NCBI GenBank assembly: GCA_016710095.1 | Contig: JADJLL010000007.1 | Span: 41,122-105,121, forward strand | From: Candidatus Eiseniibacteriota bacterium | GTDB taxonomy: Bacteria > Eisenbacteria > RBG-16-71-46 | Direction of reading: 5' to 3' | DNA length: 64,000 nt | Shown: positions 9,668 to 19,609 of the stretch, one piece after another | Position numbering within the stretch: the stretch's first letter is position 1 | Layout of the letters: every line of letters begins with the position of its first letter | Notes under the pieces: model-generated | Told to the model about the DNA's origin: nothing | Database searches by the model: none | Seen by the model: the letters and a program-made list of their open reading frames with translations, nothing else | Position numbers and translations under genes: made by a program

Positions 9668-10647
9668 GACGGGCTCCCGGCGATGGCGGTGCGCTTCGGC
9701 CGGAACCACAGGTCGAGCGCGGGCGCCATGGCATTGGCGATCAGGATGGCGTAGCAGATGCCTTCGGGATATCCGCCGTACACGCGGATCATGCCGGTGA
9801 GCAGGCCGATCATCAGTCCGAACGCGATCTGCGCGCGCGTCGTGCTCGGCGAGGTCACGTAGTCGGTCGCCATGTAGAACGCGCCGATCCAGAAACCGCC
9901 GCTCATGAGGTGCAGCATCGGCACGCCGGTGTGCAGCGTCGAGAGTGCGACGCCCGCGAGCACGCTGAGCGGAATCGCGAGCGTGATGATGCGGCGGGCG
10001 AGCAGCGCGGCGCCGCCGATCGCGACGAGCAGGAGCGAGACTTCGCCGATCGAGCCCGGGCGGAAGCCGAGCGCGAGCGCGTTCCACAGCCCGACGGGGC
10101 TGGAGACGAGCTTCACCGCGGCTTCGAAGCCCTGCTCCTTGAGCACGGCGAGCGGCGTGGCGGTCGTGACCGCGTCGAGCGGCACCCCGAACCACGGCCG
10201 CGGCGTCGCCCAGCCCGAAGTCATGTTGAGCGGGAACGTCGCCATGAGGAACGCGCGGCCGAGCAGCGCCGGGTTGAAGAGATTGAAGCCGAGCCCGCCG
10301 AAGATCATCTTGCCGAGCCCGATCGCGAACATGGAGCCGAGGAAGGCCTGCCACGCCGGAAGGTTGGGATTGACGGTCAGCGCGAGCAGCAGCCCCGTGC
10401 ACACCGCGCTGCCGTCCATGAGCGTCGGACGGCGGCCGAGCGCCTTCTGCGAGACGAACTCGGTGAGCACCGCGCCCGCGATGGACGCGAGGATCACGAA
10501 CGCCGCGTTGATGCCGAACACGAACACGCCCCAGAGCGCGGCCGGCGCGAGCGAGCCGTTGACCCACCACATGATCTTCGAGGTGGATTCCTCGGTGTGC
10601 AGGTGCGGGCCGGGCGAGAGGACGAAGGTCGGATGGGTCTCGCTCAT
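9664..10647 (-). CDS. rnfD: Rnf complex subunit D
   Basis: MSETHPTFVLSPGPHLHTEES...GFNLFNPALLGRAFL...ATGATISS-type NqrB/RnfD membrane protein. ATGA overlap with the rnfC stop. Confidence 0.9.
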   Translation of the reverse strand: MSETHPTFVLSPGPHLHTEESTSKIMWWVNGSLAPAALWGVFVFGINAAFVILASIAGAVLTEFVSQKALGRRPTLMDGSAVCTGLLLALTVNPNLPAWQAFLGSMFAIGLGKMIFGGLGFNLFNPALLGRAFLMATFPLNMTSGWATPRPWFGVPLDAVTTATPLAVLKEQGFEAAVKLVSSPVGLWNALALGFRPGSIGEVSLLLVAIGGAALLARRIITLAIPLSVLAGVALSTLHTGVPMLHLMSGGFWIGAFYMATDYVTSPSTTRAQIAFGLMIGLLTGMIRVYGGYPEGICYAILIANAMAPALDLWFRPKRTAIAGSPS

Positions 10648-12003
10648 GACGCGCTCCTCGTGGCGGCGGCGCGCCGAAGCGCCGACTTCGCGACCTGCAT
10701 GAACTGCACGAGCGGGCGCGAGGACGGACAGACGTAGCTGCAGCAGCCGCACTCGTAGCAGTCGAGCGCGCCGTGCGGTTCGCAGTCGAGCGTGCGCCCG
10801 ACTTCGACGCGCACGGAAACCTGGTCGGGTTCGAGTCCGAGCGGGCAGGCGTCGAGGCAGCGGCCGCAACGGATGCATGCTCCGAAACCGTCCTCGAGCG
10901 GACCGCGGCCGGTGAGCATCACGAGCCCGTTCATGCCCTTGATGAGCGGCACGTCGAGGCGCGGGAGCGATCGGCCCATCATCGGACCGCCCGCGACCAT
11001 GCGGTGCGTCTCGGGCTTGATGCCGCCGCAGAACTCGACGATGTCGGCGAGCGAGGCGCCGAGCGGCGCGCGCACGTTGCGCGGCTGCACGATGCCGGGA
11101 CCCGTCACGGTGAGGATGCGGTCGAGCAGCGGCTTGCGATACCGCAGCGCGTCGTACACGGCCTGCGCGGTCGCGACGTTCTGCACGAGCACGCCGACGG
11201 CCGAAGGCAGCTGCCGTGCGGGAACGGTGCGGCCGGAGACCGCGAACACGAGCTGCTTCTCGGCGCCCTGCGGATACCGCGCGACGCACGGCACGACCTC
11301 GACCGGGATCGAACGGTCGGTCAGCGCCGCGGCCGCCTTGCCGATCGCTTCGATCGCGTCGGGCTTGTCCGATTCGACGCCGATGAGCACCTTCTTCGCT
11401 CCGGCGATCTTCGCGATCAGCACCGAGCCTTCGACGATCTCGGTCGGGTACGCGAGCATCACGCGGTAGTCCGACGTGAGGTACGGCTCGCACTCGGCGC
11501 CGTTCATGACGAGCAGGTCGACCTTGGCCGCACGCGCGAACTCGAGCTTGCGCCAGGTGGGGAAGGCCGCGCCGCCCAGCCCGACGATGCCGGCCTCACG
11601 CACGCGCGAGAGCGATTCCTCGAGCGGCAGGTTGCGCCACTCGGGATCCTCGGGGAACTCCAGCTCGGGGCCGGCGTCGACGTTCGCGCCGATTGCGAGC
11701 GACATGGCGATCGCCATGGTCGGGTGCGGGCGCTTGTCCACGGGCTTGATCTTGCCGCTGATGGGAGCGTGCAGCGGCACGCCCGTCTTGCCGCCCTCGG
11801 CGATCTTCTGGCCGCGGCGCACCATCTCGCCCTTCTTCACGCACGGCTCGGCCGGCTCGCCGAGGTGCTGCAGCAGCGGAAGCACCACCTCGGAAGGCGT
11901 GGGGAGATCCTCGATCTCACGGGAGGCGGTGGCCTCCTTGTGCGGACCGGGATGGATCCCGCCTCGCCCGAAGGTGTGCAGGGAACTCGTCGCAGTGGTC
12001 ATC
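10644..12003 (-). CDS. rnfC: Rnf complex subunit C (NADH/flavin-binding, 2x[4Fe-4S])
   Basis: RnfC hallmarks: GGIHP, LVMNGAECEPYLTSD, C-terminal CIRCGRCLDACP...CYECGCCSYVCPS. ATG is 5 nt after the apbE stop. Confidence 0.9.
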
Positions 12004-12007
12004 GCGG

Positions 12008-13033
12008 TCACCCGATGTAGTGGGTGGCCAGGCGATTCGCGATCGCGCCTTCGCCGGCGGGGCCGGTGAGGAAGGCGAGCGAGGAGCCCTCGTCCGAATC
12101 CGTTCCGGTACGCGCCAGCACGCTCGCGCTCAAGCGCGGGTTGGCCGGGCGTCCGAGCTTCGCATCGAGCAGGTGGCCGACGCGCACTCCGTCGAGCGTG
12201 GTCCACTGTTCGTAGTTGCCGCTGGTCGCGACCGCCGAGTCGCGCAGGTGGAACACGTGATCCACCTCGCCGCTCGTCGGATGAAGCACGCCGACCGCCC
12301 AACCGTCGGAGTCGTCCGACGGGCGGCCGATGCCGTACACGTTGCGGCCCACATCGACGAGGCCCGACTCGATGCCCTCGGCGCGCATGGCGGCGACCGC
12401 GCGGTCGAGCGCCCAGCCCTTGCCGATCGCGCCCAGGTCGAGCGCGGCGCCGTGCGTCGTGAGCGCGACCGTGCTCGCGGCCCGGTCGATCTTCAGGTGG
12501 CGGACGCCGGTGAGCGCGAGCGCGTCCTTCAGTTCGCGGTCCGTCGGCAGGTGCGAGCGGCCCGAACGATAGAACCCGTAGAGCCGCATGAGCGGCAGCA
12601 CGGTCGGATCCACGACGCCGTTCGAGGCGATCGCGCCGGCCTGCGCGCGTTCGAGCACTTCGATCAGGTCGTCGCTCACGCGGACGGCGCCTTCACCGGC
12701 GGCCGCGTTCACGCGGGACAGTTCGCTGTCCGCGCGGTGGACACTCATCTGGGCGTCCACGGTCGCGATGGCCGACCAGGCGCGAGCGATGGCGCGGTCC
12801 GCGACGCGGGCGTCGGGATGCTGGGCGACGAGGCGCACCCAGGTGCCGAGCGCGGCGCGGGAGGACTCGATGCGCTCGTTCGAGCGCGAGAACTGGCGGG
12901 ACAGATAAGGAGCAGTCAGGCCCGCGCCGGCCAGGAGGCCGAGGCTCAGGAGGAAACGCCGGCGGCTCAACGTTCCGGTGGGCGTGTCCTTGGGCAGCAG
13001 GGTGAGCGCACGAGCAGTCTTCTTCGCATGCAT
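12008..13033 (-). CDS. apbE: FAD:protein FMN transferase (ApbE family), Tat-signal lipoprotein-like
   Basis: RRRFLLSLGLLAGAG twin-arginine signal. ApbE-family body (…GAIGKGWALDRA…). Typical partner of RnfG/RnfD flavinylation. GGGAGGA RBS. Confidence 0.85.
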   Translation of the reverse strand: MHAKKTARALTLLPKDTPTGTLSRRRFLLSLGLLAGAGLTAPYLSRQFSRSNERIESSRAALGTWVRLVAQHPDARVADRAIARAWSAIATVDAQMSVHRADSELSRVNAAAGEGAVRVSDDLIEVLERAQAGAIASNGVVDPTVLPLMRLYGFYRSGRSHLPTDRELKDALALTGVRHLKIDRAASTVALTTHGAALDLGAIGKGWALDRAVAAMRAEGIESGLVDVGRNVYGIGRPSDDSDGWAVGVLHPTSGEVDHVFHLRDSAVATSGNYEQWTTLDGVRVGHLLDAKLGRPANPRLSASVLARTGTDSDEGSSLAFLTGPAGEGAIANRLATHYIG

Positions 13034-13190
13034 GACGCGATTCGTCCTCCCAACAGTGAACGAGTTCCTGCTTCCGTGAATTGTCTGTCGGAGTAAATCC
13101 CAAGCATAGGTTATGCAAGGGATTCAGGAGTGCCCGGCGATTCCGCCGGTTGGGAGTGGAAAACGCCGACCCTCAAGAGGAGAGAACGCG

Positions 13191-13400
13191 ATGGGCAAGC
13201 TGCCCGAATTCTATGTCGATCAAGACCTTTGCACGGAATGTGGCGACTGCATCAAGGCAGTGCCGCAGGCATTTCGGAAGGTCGAGGATGAGGAAGTCGC
13301 CGAGGTCCACACGTGGGAGCTCGAAGACACTTTCATGCCACGAGTTCAGCAAATCATGACAGATTGTCCGGGACGGGCGATCCTCTGGCGTAAGAAGTAG
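13191..13400 (+). CDS. small single-cluster ferredoxin
   Basis: 69 aa, MGKLPEFYVDQDLCTECGDCIKAVPQAF...TDCPGRAI (CxxCxxC...CP pattern). GAGGAGAG RBS. Heads the por operon and is divergent from the apbE-rnf operon. Confidence 0.65.
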   Translation: MGKLPEFYVDQDLCTECGDCIKAVPQAFRKVEDEEVAEVHTWELEDTFMPRVQQIMTDCPGRAILWRKK

Positions 13401-13407
13401 GCCGGCC

Positions 13408-14388
13408 ATGAGAACTCTCGACCCTCGCCAGATCTTCGAGCAGTCCGCGCTCGAAGTTCGTGGGGATGGGAAGGCGGGCGGTGGTTTGGTTCTGGCTTTC
13501 CAGAGCCTCGCCGCCTTGTTCTCTTCTCTTCCCAACATGCATGTCCAGGAGTGGCCGTTCTTCAGCTCCGCTCGTCGCGGCGCGAACATCCGCTCCTTCC
13601 TGCGCGTCAGCGCCAAGCCGATCGACGTGGGCTGCGAAGTGACGCGCCCCGTGATCTCGCTGCTGATGGACGAAGTGACGGGCAAGACCGTCGACTTCGC
13701 CGGCGGCGTTCCGCACGGTGGCACCTTCGTCCTCAACACGCGCCGTACGCCCGAGGAGTGCGCCAAGCACTTCCATCTGTCGGGACGCGTGATGACCGTG
13801 CCCGGTGACGACATCGGCACCCGCTACCTCAAGCACCCGATCGGCAACGTGTCGGCGTACGTCGCCATGACCGAAGCGATCGGTGGCCTCGAGTTCGAAA
13901 CCGTGGTCGGGACGTTCCTCGGCCAGCTCAAGAAGCGCCGCATTCCCGAGGTGCTGCTCGAGCGCAATCGCGAAGCGCTGCACGCCACCAAGGAGTCCAT
14001 CCAGGTCGGCGTGTTCGACGAAGCGCGGCCCGGCGATCACGCCACGACCGTCTTCACCGGTTACGGCGAGCTGCCGATCGGCGCGCAGACGCGCCTGCGT
14101 CTGTCGCAGACGAACCACACCGCCGCGTTCGCGCGCAGCGGCTTCCGTCTGCTGTTCAACGATCCGAACAAGTCGTGCACGGGCTGCTCGCACTGCATCA
14201 CGAACTGCCCCGAAGGCATCATCCGCTTCCAGCCGGACGAGGAACGCGGTGTGCTGGTGACGGGCGCGGACGTGAGCGCGTTCTGCAAGCTGTGCGGCGA
14301 GTGCATCGCCGTGTGCCCCGAGAAGCTCTTCACCGAGGGCAAGTACGAGGAAGTCTGGGACGAAACCGTGACGGAGGCCCGCTCATGA
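13408..14388 (+). CDS. porG: 2-oxoacid:ferredoxin oxidoreductase fused gamma-delta subunit (PorG + 2x[4Fe-4S] PorD)
   Basis: N-terminal gamma domain (…GDGKAGGGLVLAFQSLA…), C-terminal delta ferredoxin (CTGCSHCITNCP…CKLCGECIAVCP). ATGA overlap with the next gene. Confidence 0.85.
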   Translation: MRTLDPRQIFEQSALEVRGDGKAGGGLVLAFQSLAALFSSLPNMHVQEWPFFSSARRGANIRSFLRVSAKPIDVGCEVTRPVISLLMDEVTGKTVDFAGGVPHGGTFVLNTRRTPEECAKHFHLSGRVMTVPGDDIGTRYLKHPIGNVSAYVAMTEAIGGLEFETVVGTFLGQLKKRRIPEVLLERNREALHATKESIQVGVFDEARPGDHATTVFTGYGELPIGAQTRLRLSQTNHTAAFARSGFRLLFNDPNKSCTGCSHCITNCPEGIIRFQPDEERGVLVTGADVSAFCKLCGECIAVCPEKLFTEGKYEEVWDETVTEARS

Positions 14389-15716
14389 GCACGATCGGCA
14401 TCGAACACGGGCCGACGACGCACGTCGCGACACCGGGCGGGGAGCGGTACGACATCCTCAACCTCGAGCGCGTGAAGCAGGCCCACATCCCGTTTTATCC
14501 GAACCAGGAAGACGTGACGGCCGACGGCAACACCGCGGCGGCCATCGCCACGCTGCAGATGTGGCGCGCCCTCATCTATCCCGGCTTCCCGATCACGCCC
14601 TCGACCAAGTGGATCGAGACCGTGGCGGCGAAGGTCGGAGCCCAGAAGGGCACCAAGAAGCGCGTGAAGCTGCTCGAAGCCGAGCACGCGGTCGCCGACT
14701 ACATGGTCGGCGCCGGCGCGGCCTGCCGGGATCTCATCTTCTCGACGGCCACCAGCTCGGTCGGGCTCGATCACATGACCGAGACGACGCGCTCGCTGGG
14801 CGCTTCGGGCCTCGGAAACGTCATGATCATCAACGTCTACCGCGCGACGGCGAACTTCCCGCTCTGCATCGAGGGCGATCCGTCCGACGCGATGGCGCAC
14901 CGTGACGACGGCTTCATCCAGATCTGCGCGCGCGGCAAGCAGCAGATCTACGACACCGTGATCCAGGCGCCGTGCCTCGGCATGCACCCCGAGGTCATGA
15001 CGCCCACGATGCCGGGCTACTACGGCATCAAGGACAGCCACCGGAACTCGCGCTTCACCGTCGAGTCCGACGGCGCGATCCACGAGTTCCAGGACCGTTG
15101 GCTGCAGCCCTGCCATCTGCCGGGCACGATCAACGGCGACACCGCGATGGGCAACTGCGTCACGTCGCGGCATTTCCAGGGCTTCAAGATCAACCAGAAG
15201 CGCCGCATCGAACGCGTGCTCGACATCCTTCCGCAGATCGGGGCGGACTTCGAGAAGACGTTCGGCCGTCCGGGTCTCCGTTTCTTCGACGAGACCGCGT
15301 GGCCCGAAGCCGGTCCGGTGGACATCGCCGTCGTCGGCATGGGGCCGGATTACGGCACGTTCGAATCCGTGCGCGAGGCGTGGGCGAAGAAGAACAACGT
15401 GAGTGTCTCGGGGCTCGCCCTGCGGCTGCTCAATCCGTTCCCGCGCGACGCGTACCGCGAGAAGCTGCAGCGCGCGAAGGTCGTGCTGGTCGTGAACCAG
15501 GCGCATCACTCCGGCCGCGGTCACCTCACGCTCGACGTCGCCGATGCGCTGGCGGGCATCGAGCCGCAGCCGCGGATCGTCAGCGCGTTCGCCGGTATGG
15601 GCGGTGCGGACGTCTCCGAGGCGACCTGGGAAGCGATGCTGGACGAAGCGAAGGACGCGCTCACGACGGCGCCGCGCCAGCCCTACATGGTCTTCCACGA
15701 AGGAGCGCGGCTATGA
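14385..15716 (+). CDS. porA: 2-oxoacid (pyruvate/2-oxoisovalerate):ferredoxin oxidoreductase alpha subunit
   Basis: …GNTAAAIATLQMWRALIYPGFPITPSTKWIE… is a PorA/VorA family member. ATGA overlap with porB. Confidence 0.85.
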   Translation: MSTIGIEHGPTTHVATPGGERYDILNLERVKQAHIPFYPNQEDVTADGNTAAAIATLQMWRALIYPGFPITPSTKWIETVAAKVGAQKGTKKRVKLLEAEHAVADYMVGAGAACRDLIFSTATSSVGLDHMTETTRSLGASGLGNVMIINVYRATANFPLCIEGDPSDAMAHRDDGFIQICARGKQQIYDTVIQAPCLGMHPEVMTPTMPGYYGIKDSHRNSRFTVESDGAIHEFQDRWLQPCHLPGTINGDTAMGNCVTSRHFQGFKINQKRRIERVLDILPQIGADFEKTFGRPGLRFFDETAWPEAGPVDIAVVGMGPDYGTFESVREAWAKKNNVSVSGLALRLLNPFPRDAYREKLQRAKVVLVVNQAHHSGRGHLTLDVADALAGIEPQPRIVSAFAGMGGADVSEATWEAMLDEAKDALTTAPRQPYMVFHEGARL

Positions 15717-16723
15717 GCAGCTTCAAGGAAATCGCACTCAAGGACAGCTGTTTCCGGGCCGGCTCCACGCTGTGCCCCGGCTGCATGGAGTCGGTCGCGT
15801 TCCAGAACATCGGACGCGTCACCGACAACGGCGTGAAGACGATCTTCACGATCGGCACGTCGTGCGCCGAAGTGTCCACGCTGGCGTTCCCGAACGTCGT
15901 GGCGTGGGGACGTGGCGACGACTCGTCGGACGACTTCGGCAAGAGCTTCTCGATCCTGCACAACGTGTTCGAGTCGGCGCCCACGCTCGCGGAAGCGACG
16001 CGTGACGTGGCCGACGCGCTCATGGACTGCGGCGCTCTCGATCGCAAGGTGCAGATCATCAGCACCGGCGGCGACGGCGGCGCGTTCTCGATCGGCCTGC
16101 GCACGCTGCTGCACACGATTCATCGCCGCGCTCGCGTCACGATCGTCATTCTCGTGAACGAGATCTTCGCGAACACGGGCTTCCAGTACAGCCCGGCCAC
16201 CATGCCGTACGCGGACACGAGCACCACGCCCGCCGAAGGCGCCCCCGGCAACATGAACCCGCCGCTCGACTACATCCATCTCGCCATCGCGGCGGGAGCG
16301 GGCATGGTCGCGCAGCTGTCGCCGGCGCACGGCAAGATGTTCGTGAAGGCCATCGAGCGGTCGCTGGAAGTCGAGGGGACGGCGGTGATCTTCGTGCCGG
16401 CGCCCTGCATCAGCGGCTGGAAGTTCGAAGACGGGCAGACCGTCGAGCTCGCGCTTCTCGGCGCCCGCAGCGGCGTGTTCCCGGCCTTCACGTGGGAGCG
16501 TGGCAAGGGTGGTTCGGTGAAGGATTGCTCGATCGAGGCTTCGGAGCGCCCGGACGTCGTGGACTTCCTCGCGATGCAGCGGCGTTTCGCGCACCTCGTG
16601 CAGCGCGACAAGGTGACCGGCGAAGTGAAGCCGAAGCCGGGCCGCGAGCAGGACATCGAGAACCTGAAGGGCTGGGTGCAGGGCAACGTCGAGCGCATGT
16701 ACTCGCTCGCGAACCTCAAGTAG
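15713..16723 (+). CDS. porB: 2-oxoacid:ferredoxin oxidoreductase beta subunit (TPP-binding)
   Basis: CPGCMESVAFQNIGR…TGGDGGAFSIGLRTLLH (TPP and [4Fe-4S] motifs). GAAGGAG RBS. Confidence 0.85.
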   Translation: MSSFKEIALKDSCFRAGSTLCPGCMESVAFQNIGRVTDNGVKTIFTIGTSCAEVSTLAFPNVVAWGRGDDSSDDFGKSFSILHNVFESAPTLAEATRDVADALMDCGALDRKVQIISTGGDGGAFSIGLRTLLHTIHRRARVTIVILVNEIFANTGFQYSPATMPYADTSTTPAEGAPGNMNPPLDYIHLAIAAGAGMVAQLSPAHGKMFVKAIERSLEVEGTAVIFVPAPCISGWKFEDGQTVELALLGARSGVFPAFTWERGKGGSVKDCSIEASERPDVVDFLAMQRRFAHLVQRDKVTGEVKPKPGREQDIENLKGWVQGNVERMYSLANLK

Positions 16724-16746
16724 CCGCGCTTCAGCGAAGACACGAC

Positions 16747-16790
16747 GGGCGCCGGGGCTTCGAGCTCCGGCGCCCGTTCGCTTTCCTGTT
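16747..16790 (+). terminator. rho-independent terminator after porB
   Basis: GGGCGCCGG-loop-CCGGCGCCC 9-bp stem followed by GTTCGCTTTCCTGTTCG. Confidence 0.5.
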
Positions 16791-16823
16791 CGCGACGGTG
16801 GCGTGCGGCTAGTATCGCGCGCC

Positions 16824-18935
16824 ATGAATCCGTGCACGCGCTTCCACGCTCCGTACCGCACGTTCGCGCTCGCGCTGCTCACCGCGGCGGCGTTCGGGTG
16901 CGGACCCGCGCGCCCGAAGGCGCAGCCCTCCGCGGGAGTCGCGGTGCTGCCCGAGCCGTACGCGCATTCGCTCGCGGCGCTCGGTGTCCCGGGCTTCCGT
17001 CGCGCTTTCCAGGCGGGGCACGGCAGCCAGCTGGGCGCGGGCGACGCGGCATTCGCCTGGGCACTCGACGGCGCCGACGCGGCCACGACCTCGCCCGTCT
17101 ACTTCGAGTCCGACGGCGTGCCGATCGCGCACTGGTGGATCACGACGGCGTCGGACTCCGCGCACTTCGAGGCCGCCGTGAGCCCCGTGCCCGGGGCCAC
17201 CGACACGCTGCTCGTCGCGAGCGTGCGCGTGACGGTCGTCGCGCGAGGCGGTGGGGCGGCGCGCTCCGGCTTGCGCCTGCACGTGCTCAACGAGCTGGCC
17301 GGTCCGCACTACCGGCCGTGGGACGCGATTCCCGCGCCCGGCGCCGCGTGGACCTGGAGCAGTGGCCGCGCGACGCGCGACGGGCTCGTGCTCGGCGGGC
17401 TGGCCGACACGAAGTCGTGGCGCGTAGGCGGGGCGGACGGTGACGCGAGACTCTCCGCGACGGCCGCGGCCGGGGGCGCGGCGCTCGAATGCTGGCTCGT
17501 CGACCGGCCCGTGTCGGAATCCGAAGCCGCACGCATCACGAAGCGCCTGCGCCACGACGAGCACGTCGCGCGCACGCGCGGACTGTGGCGCGACTGGCTC
17601 GCGCGCGGCGCGACGTTCGAGACGCCGGACACGCTCGTCAACCAGGCGTGGCGCGCCGCGCTCGTGACCCTGCTGCAGGGACAGGAGCGATCGGCGGGCG
17701 GCTGGGTGCCGATCGGCAATCCGTTCCAGTACCGCGACACCTGGCTGCGCGACGGCGCGCGTGTCGTGCGCGCGCTCGCGCTCGCCGGGCAGACGCAGCT
17801 CGCGCGGGAAGACGCGCTGTCGTTCGTGCGTTACCAGCTGCCGAGTGGCGCGCTGCTCTCGCAGTCGGGCCAGCTCGACGGCGCGGGCGAGGGACTCTGG
17901 GCGTTCGAGCAGGCGGCGTCGCTGCCCCCGGATGCCGCGTGGTCGAAGCGCTTCCTGCCCGTGGCGCTGCGCACCGGCGAGTGGCTGCGCCGGCAGCGCG
18001 CGCAGTCCTTGGCGCTCGCCGCCAAGATGCGGGTGGACTGGCCGGGACTGTTGCCGTTCGGCGATCCGCGCGATGGCGAACTCGTGTGCGCGCCGCTCGT
18101 GGGCAACGACGCGTGGGCGATCGCGGGGCAGTTCGCGCTCGCCTCGCTCGCGGCGCGCGCCGGTGACGCGGGCGCCGCGGACGCCGCGCGTGCGGAGGGC
18201 GAGTCGCATCGCGCGGCGTTCGCCGCCGCGCTCGCGCGCGAAGCGCACGCCGACGTTCCTCCCTCGTGGGGCGAGGGCGGCCGCGACTGGGGCAACTGCT
18301 ACGTGGGCTTCCCGGCCCGCGTGCTCGAACCGAAGTCCGCGAGGCTCGCCGCGCTCGCACAGCGGCTGTGGGCGCGCTCGGGACTGCACATGGTGTCCTA
18401 CGGTCCCGCCGATTCCCTGCACACGTACCTCGGCACCGACCTCGCGGTCTGGGCGCTGCTCGCCGATCGCCCGGCCGACGCGCGCGCTTCGCTCGCCGAC
18501 CTGCTCGCGCACTCGAACTCGACGCTCGGTCAGGCGGAGATCGTGTCGCGCTCGGGCCGCGGCTTCGGCAACAACCTGCCGCCGCACGGCACCGCGGCCG
18601 CGCAGCTGGTCGAACTGCTGCGCGACATGATCGTGCTCGACGTGCGCGACACGCTCGACGTGGGCGCCTGCGCCGACGCCGCGTGGTGGGCGGGCACGCA
18701 CCTGCGCCGCGCCCCGACGCGTTTCGGGCTGCTCGAACTTTCGCTCACCCGGCCCGCGGCCGACCGCTTCGAGGCGCGCTGGTCGGCGCCCGGCGCGCCC
18801 GTGCGCGTGCGCGTGCCCGACGGCTTCGCGCTCGTGCGCGCCGAGGGCGGCGCCGCCGATCCGGCCGACGCGCGCTGGGTGTCGTGCCCGGCGGCGGCGG
18901 GAAGCGTGACGCTGCACGTGAAGGAGGCGCCGTGA
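16824..18935 (+). CDS. glycoside hydrolase family 15-like / six-hairpin glycosidase-like lipoprotein
   Basis: Signal peptide with lipobox (LLTAAAFGCG). Conserved WLRDGA (GH15/glucoamylase/trehalase-like W-x-R-D motif) and large all-alpha body. Annotation by motif only. Confidence 0.5.
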   Translation: MNPCTRFHAPYRTFALALLTAAAFGCGPARPKAQPSAGVAVLPEPYAHSLAALGVPGFRRAFQAGHGSQLGAGDAAFAWALDGADAATTSPVYFESDGVPIAHWWITTASDSAHFEAAVSPVPGATDTLLVASVRVTVVARGGGAARSGLRLHVLNELAGPHYRPWDAIPAPGAAWTWSSGRATRDGLVLGGLADTKSWRVGGADGDARLSATAAAGGAALECWLVDRPVSESEAARITKRLRHDEHVARTRGLWRDWLARGATFETPDTLVNQAWRAALVTLLQGQERSAGGWVPIGNPFQYRDTWLRDGARVVRALALAGQTQLAREDALSFVRYQLPSGALLSQSGQLDGAGEGLWAFEQAASLPPDAAWSKRFLPVALRTGEWLRRQRAQSLALAAKMRVDWPGLLPFGDPRDGELVCAPLVGNDAWAIAGQFALASLAARAGDAGAADAARAEGESHRAAFAAALAREAHADVPPSWGEGGRDWGNCYVGFPARVLEPKSARLAALAQRLWARSGLHMVSYGPADSLHTYLGTDLAVWALLADRPADARASLADLLAHSNSTLGQAEIVSRSGRGFGNNLPPHGTAAAQLVELLRDMIVLDVRDTLDVGACADAAWWAGTHLRRAPTRFGLLELSLTRPAADRFEARWSAPGAPVRVRVPDGFALVRAEGGAADPADARWVSCPAAAGSVTLHVKEAP

Positions 18936-19609
18936 GCAAGCGGAGAACGCAGGCGCCGCAGGCGCCGAAGAGCGCCGCTTCCGAACGCCGATCGCGCCCG
19001 GCGAACACACCGCTGATCGCGGGAGCCGCCGTGGTGGCGCTCGCGGCGGCGGGACTGTGGTTCGCCTACTTCGGAAAGACACGAGCTTCCGGCACTCCGC
19101 ACGTGAGCGTGCGCGCCGACGGACTGACGACGCAGCAGATGCTCGACAGCGTGCGCACGCATTTCGAGGCGCATCAGTGGGACGCCGCGCTCGCCTGGGC
19201 GCACGCGAGCAACGTGTCCGAGCCGGGCAACGCGCGGCTGCTGCTCAACGAAGCGCTCGCGTGGCACAACTACGCGCAGGACGCGACGCAGCGCTGGCCG
19301 GGGCGCTCGGCGACGCGCACGAGCCTCGATCGCATCGAGCTCGAGAAGCACGCGTTCGCACTGCTCGATTCCGCCGAAGCCGTCGCGGGCTCCGACGAAG
19401 AGTGGGCGAACATCCGGCGCTGGCGCGGCACGCAGTACGAGGTGCTCGGATCGCCGCTCGACGCCGTGCAGGCCTACGAGGAGGCGCTCGCGCGGTTCCC
19501 CGGCCATCGCGCGACCATCGAGCGCTTCGGCTGGTTGCAGCGCCTGATCGTGCGCCCGTCCGATCCGAAGAGCGTCACGGCGGAAGACGCCGCGCCGCGC
19601 CCCCGTTGA
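18932..19609 (+). CDS. membrane-anchored hypothetical protein (single N-terminal TM)
   Basis: GTG start with perfect GAAGGAGG RBS and GTGA overlap with the preceding stop. TM helix LIAGAAVVALAAAGLWFAYF. No recognisable domain. Confidence 0.5.
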   Translation: MSKRRTQAPQAPKSAASERRSRPANTPLIAGAAVVALAAAGLWFAYFGKTRASGTPHVSVRADGLTTQQMLDSVRTHFEAHQWDAALAWAHASNVSEPGNARLLLNEALAWHNYAQDATQRWPGRSATRTSLDRIELEKHAFALLDSAEAVAGSDEEWANIRRWRGTQYEVLGSPLDAVQAYEEALARFPGHRATIERFGWLQRLIVRPSDPKSVTAEDAAPRPR

